From Pavona decussata (taxonomy: Eukaryota), in NCBI GenBank assembly GCA_977016875.1, contig CDRNST010000015.1, positions 2,604,001 through 2,668,000 of the forward strand: 64,000 nucleotides of DNA. Reading direction: 5' to 3'. A program made the position numbers and the translations under genes. Below are positions 63,174 through 64,000 of this stretch, piece after piece; the stretch's first letter is position 1, and every line of letters starts with the position of its first letter. The notes under the pieces are model-generated. The model did not search any database. It was not told the DNA's origin and saw nothing but the letters and a program-made list of their open reading frames with translations.

Positions 63174-63366
63174 TTAAGTTCCAAACCAAAGCTGATAGGA
63201 GCATCAAGTGGTAACATAGTCTGGCCAAAGTTTTGTTCTATTACTTACATTAAAGCCTCTAGGTCCCCACGATGAACAGCGTTAACATATGTTACATCTA
63301 TTAAAATATCCTCAGATGCTGCTTGTTTTGCCTTAAAACTTGGATCAGCATTTGTATCCTAGAAAG

Positions 63367-63639
63367 ATGCTTAGAGATGGTGAAGACGATTCTTCCTTCG
63401 CAGGAGATAACGTCGATGAAAAAATGGTACCAAGCCCTCGAAGGCGGAAAAAGGTTGTGACATTTGCCAGCTTGGCGGAATTATCCGAGATACAAGCTCT
63501 GGCAACATGTGAAACTGATTCGCAGTCGTCAGAGATTTGCAAAACTTCTTGCTCTGACGAGACAAACCTACAAGCTTTACAAGACCCGAGCCTGTTCTTG
63601 AACATGCCGCTGGAGGATTATGACGTCACGGAAGGCAAC
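63367..63639 (+). CDS. Probable first coding exon of a second, divergently transcribed Nav2-type channel paralog
   Basis: aagATG start; MLRDGEDD...RRRKKVVTF...QDPSLFLNMPLEDYDVTEGN|gtgagt. Aligns without gaps to [18 protein letters not shown]|gtaagt of the minus-strand Nav2, with the same phase-0 donor. Upstream acceptor cctcag ends at 63315. Confidence 0.7.
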
Positions 63640-64000
63640 GTGAGTACCGTTGAACGTAAAAACTGTAAATGTTTGTTTCAGAAGCTAAGATGTCATTTAA
63701 AATCAAACGCATCTAAGTTTTAAAAAAGGAAATGAATTTTCAAAGTATCAAGATTTTGCCAAAAGTTCTGGATAGCAGCAAGCAAGTTATAAGGTTGAGA
63801 AAAAAGACAACAGTTTTAATTTTTAAATACATGTTTCGCCAGCTCTTCTGTCGTCTTCAGTTTTAAATAGTTAAGTACAAAGTTGAATTTATAATAAGTA
63901 CATAGAAATGTTAACGCTTATTCTGTTTTTACTTGCTATTCAAGAGAAAATAAGGGGACAGAGAGGGAGATCCCCAGTATAGCCCTTGGGACATGTTAAT

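Overview
AT-rich, intron-containing animal DNA; gene content and repeat families suggest a cnidarian, probably a stony coral (inference). The main feature is a complete 23-coding-exon four-domain voltage-gated channel gene of the Nav2 type on the minus strand (34076->13267, about 1590 aa from the first in-frame ATG). I reconstructed it by hand and every splice phase is compatible. It has several atypical features: a D-E-E-S selectivity ring, MLLT in place of the IFMT inactivation latch, Cys at a DII-S4 gating-charge position, no C-terminal IQ motif, and two U12 minor-spliceosome introns (one GT-AG, one AT-AC). At the right edge, an exon at 63367-63639 (+) aligns with this gene's first coding exon, including the intron position, which points to a second, head-to-head Nav2 paralog. 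At the left edge is the 5' end of a signal-peptide E-NTPDase/apyrase gene (minus strand) that the ORF track missed. Upstream of the Nav2 gene is an old ~0.9-kb tandem array whose four units keep D-box-like (TTACGTAA) and E-box (CACGTG) motifs. The rest is dense in transposons: a 4.1-kb Sola3-like element, nested MITEs, a Penelope-like fragment and a Helentron-like element. Four unrelated repeat families share one strand-specific hairpin cap (GA-stem-GNA-stem-GA).
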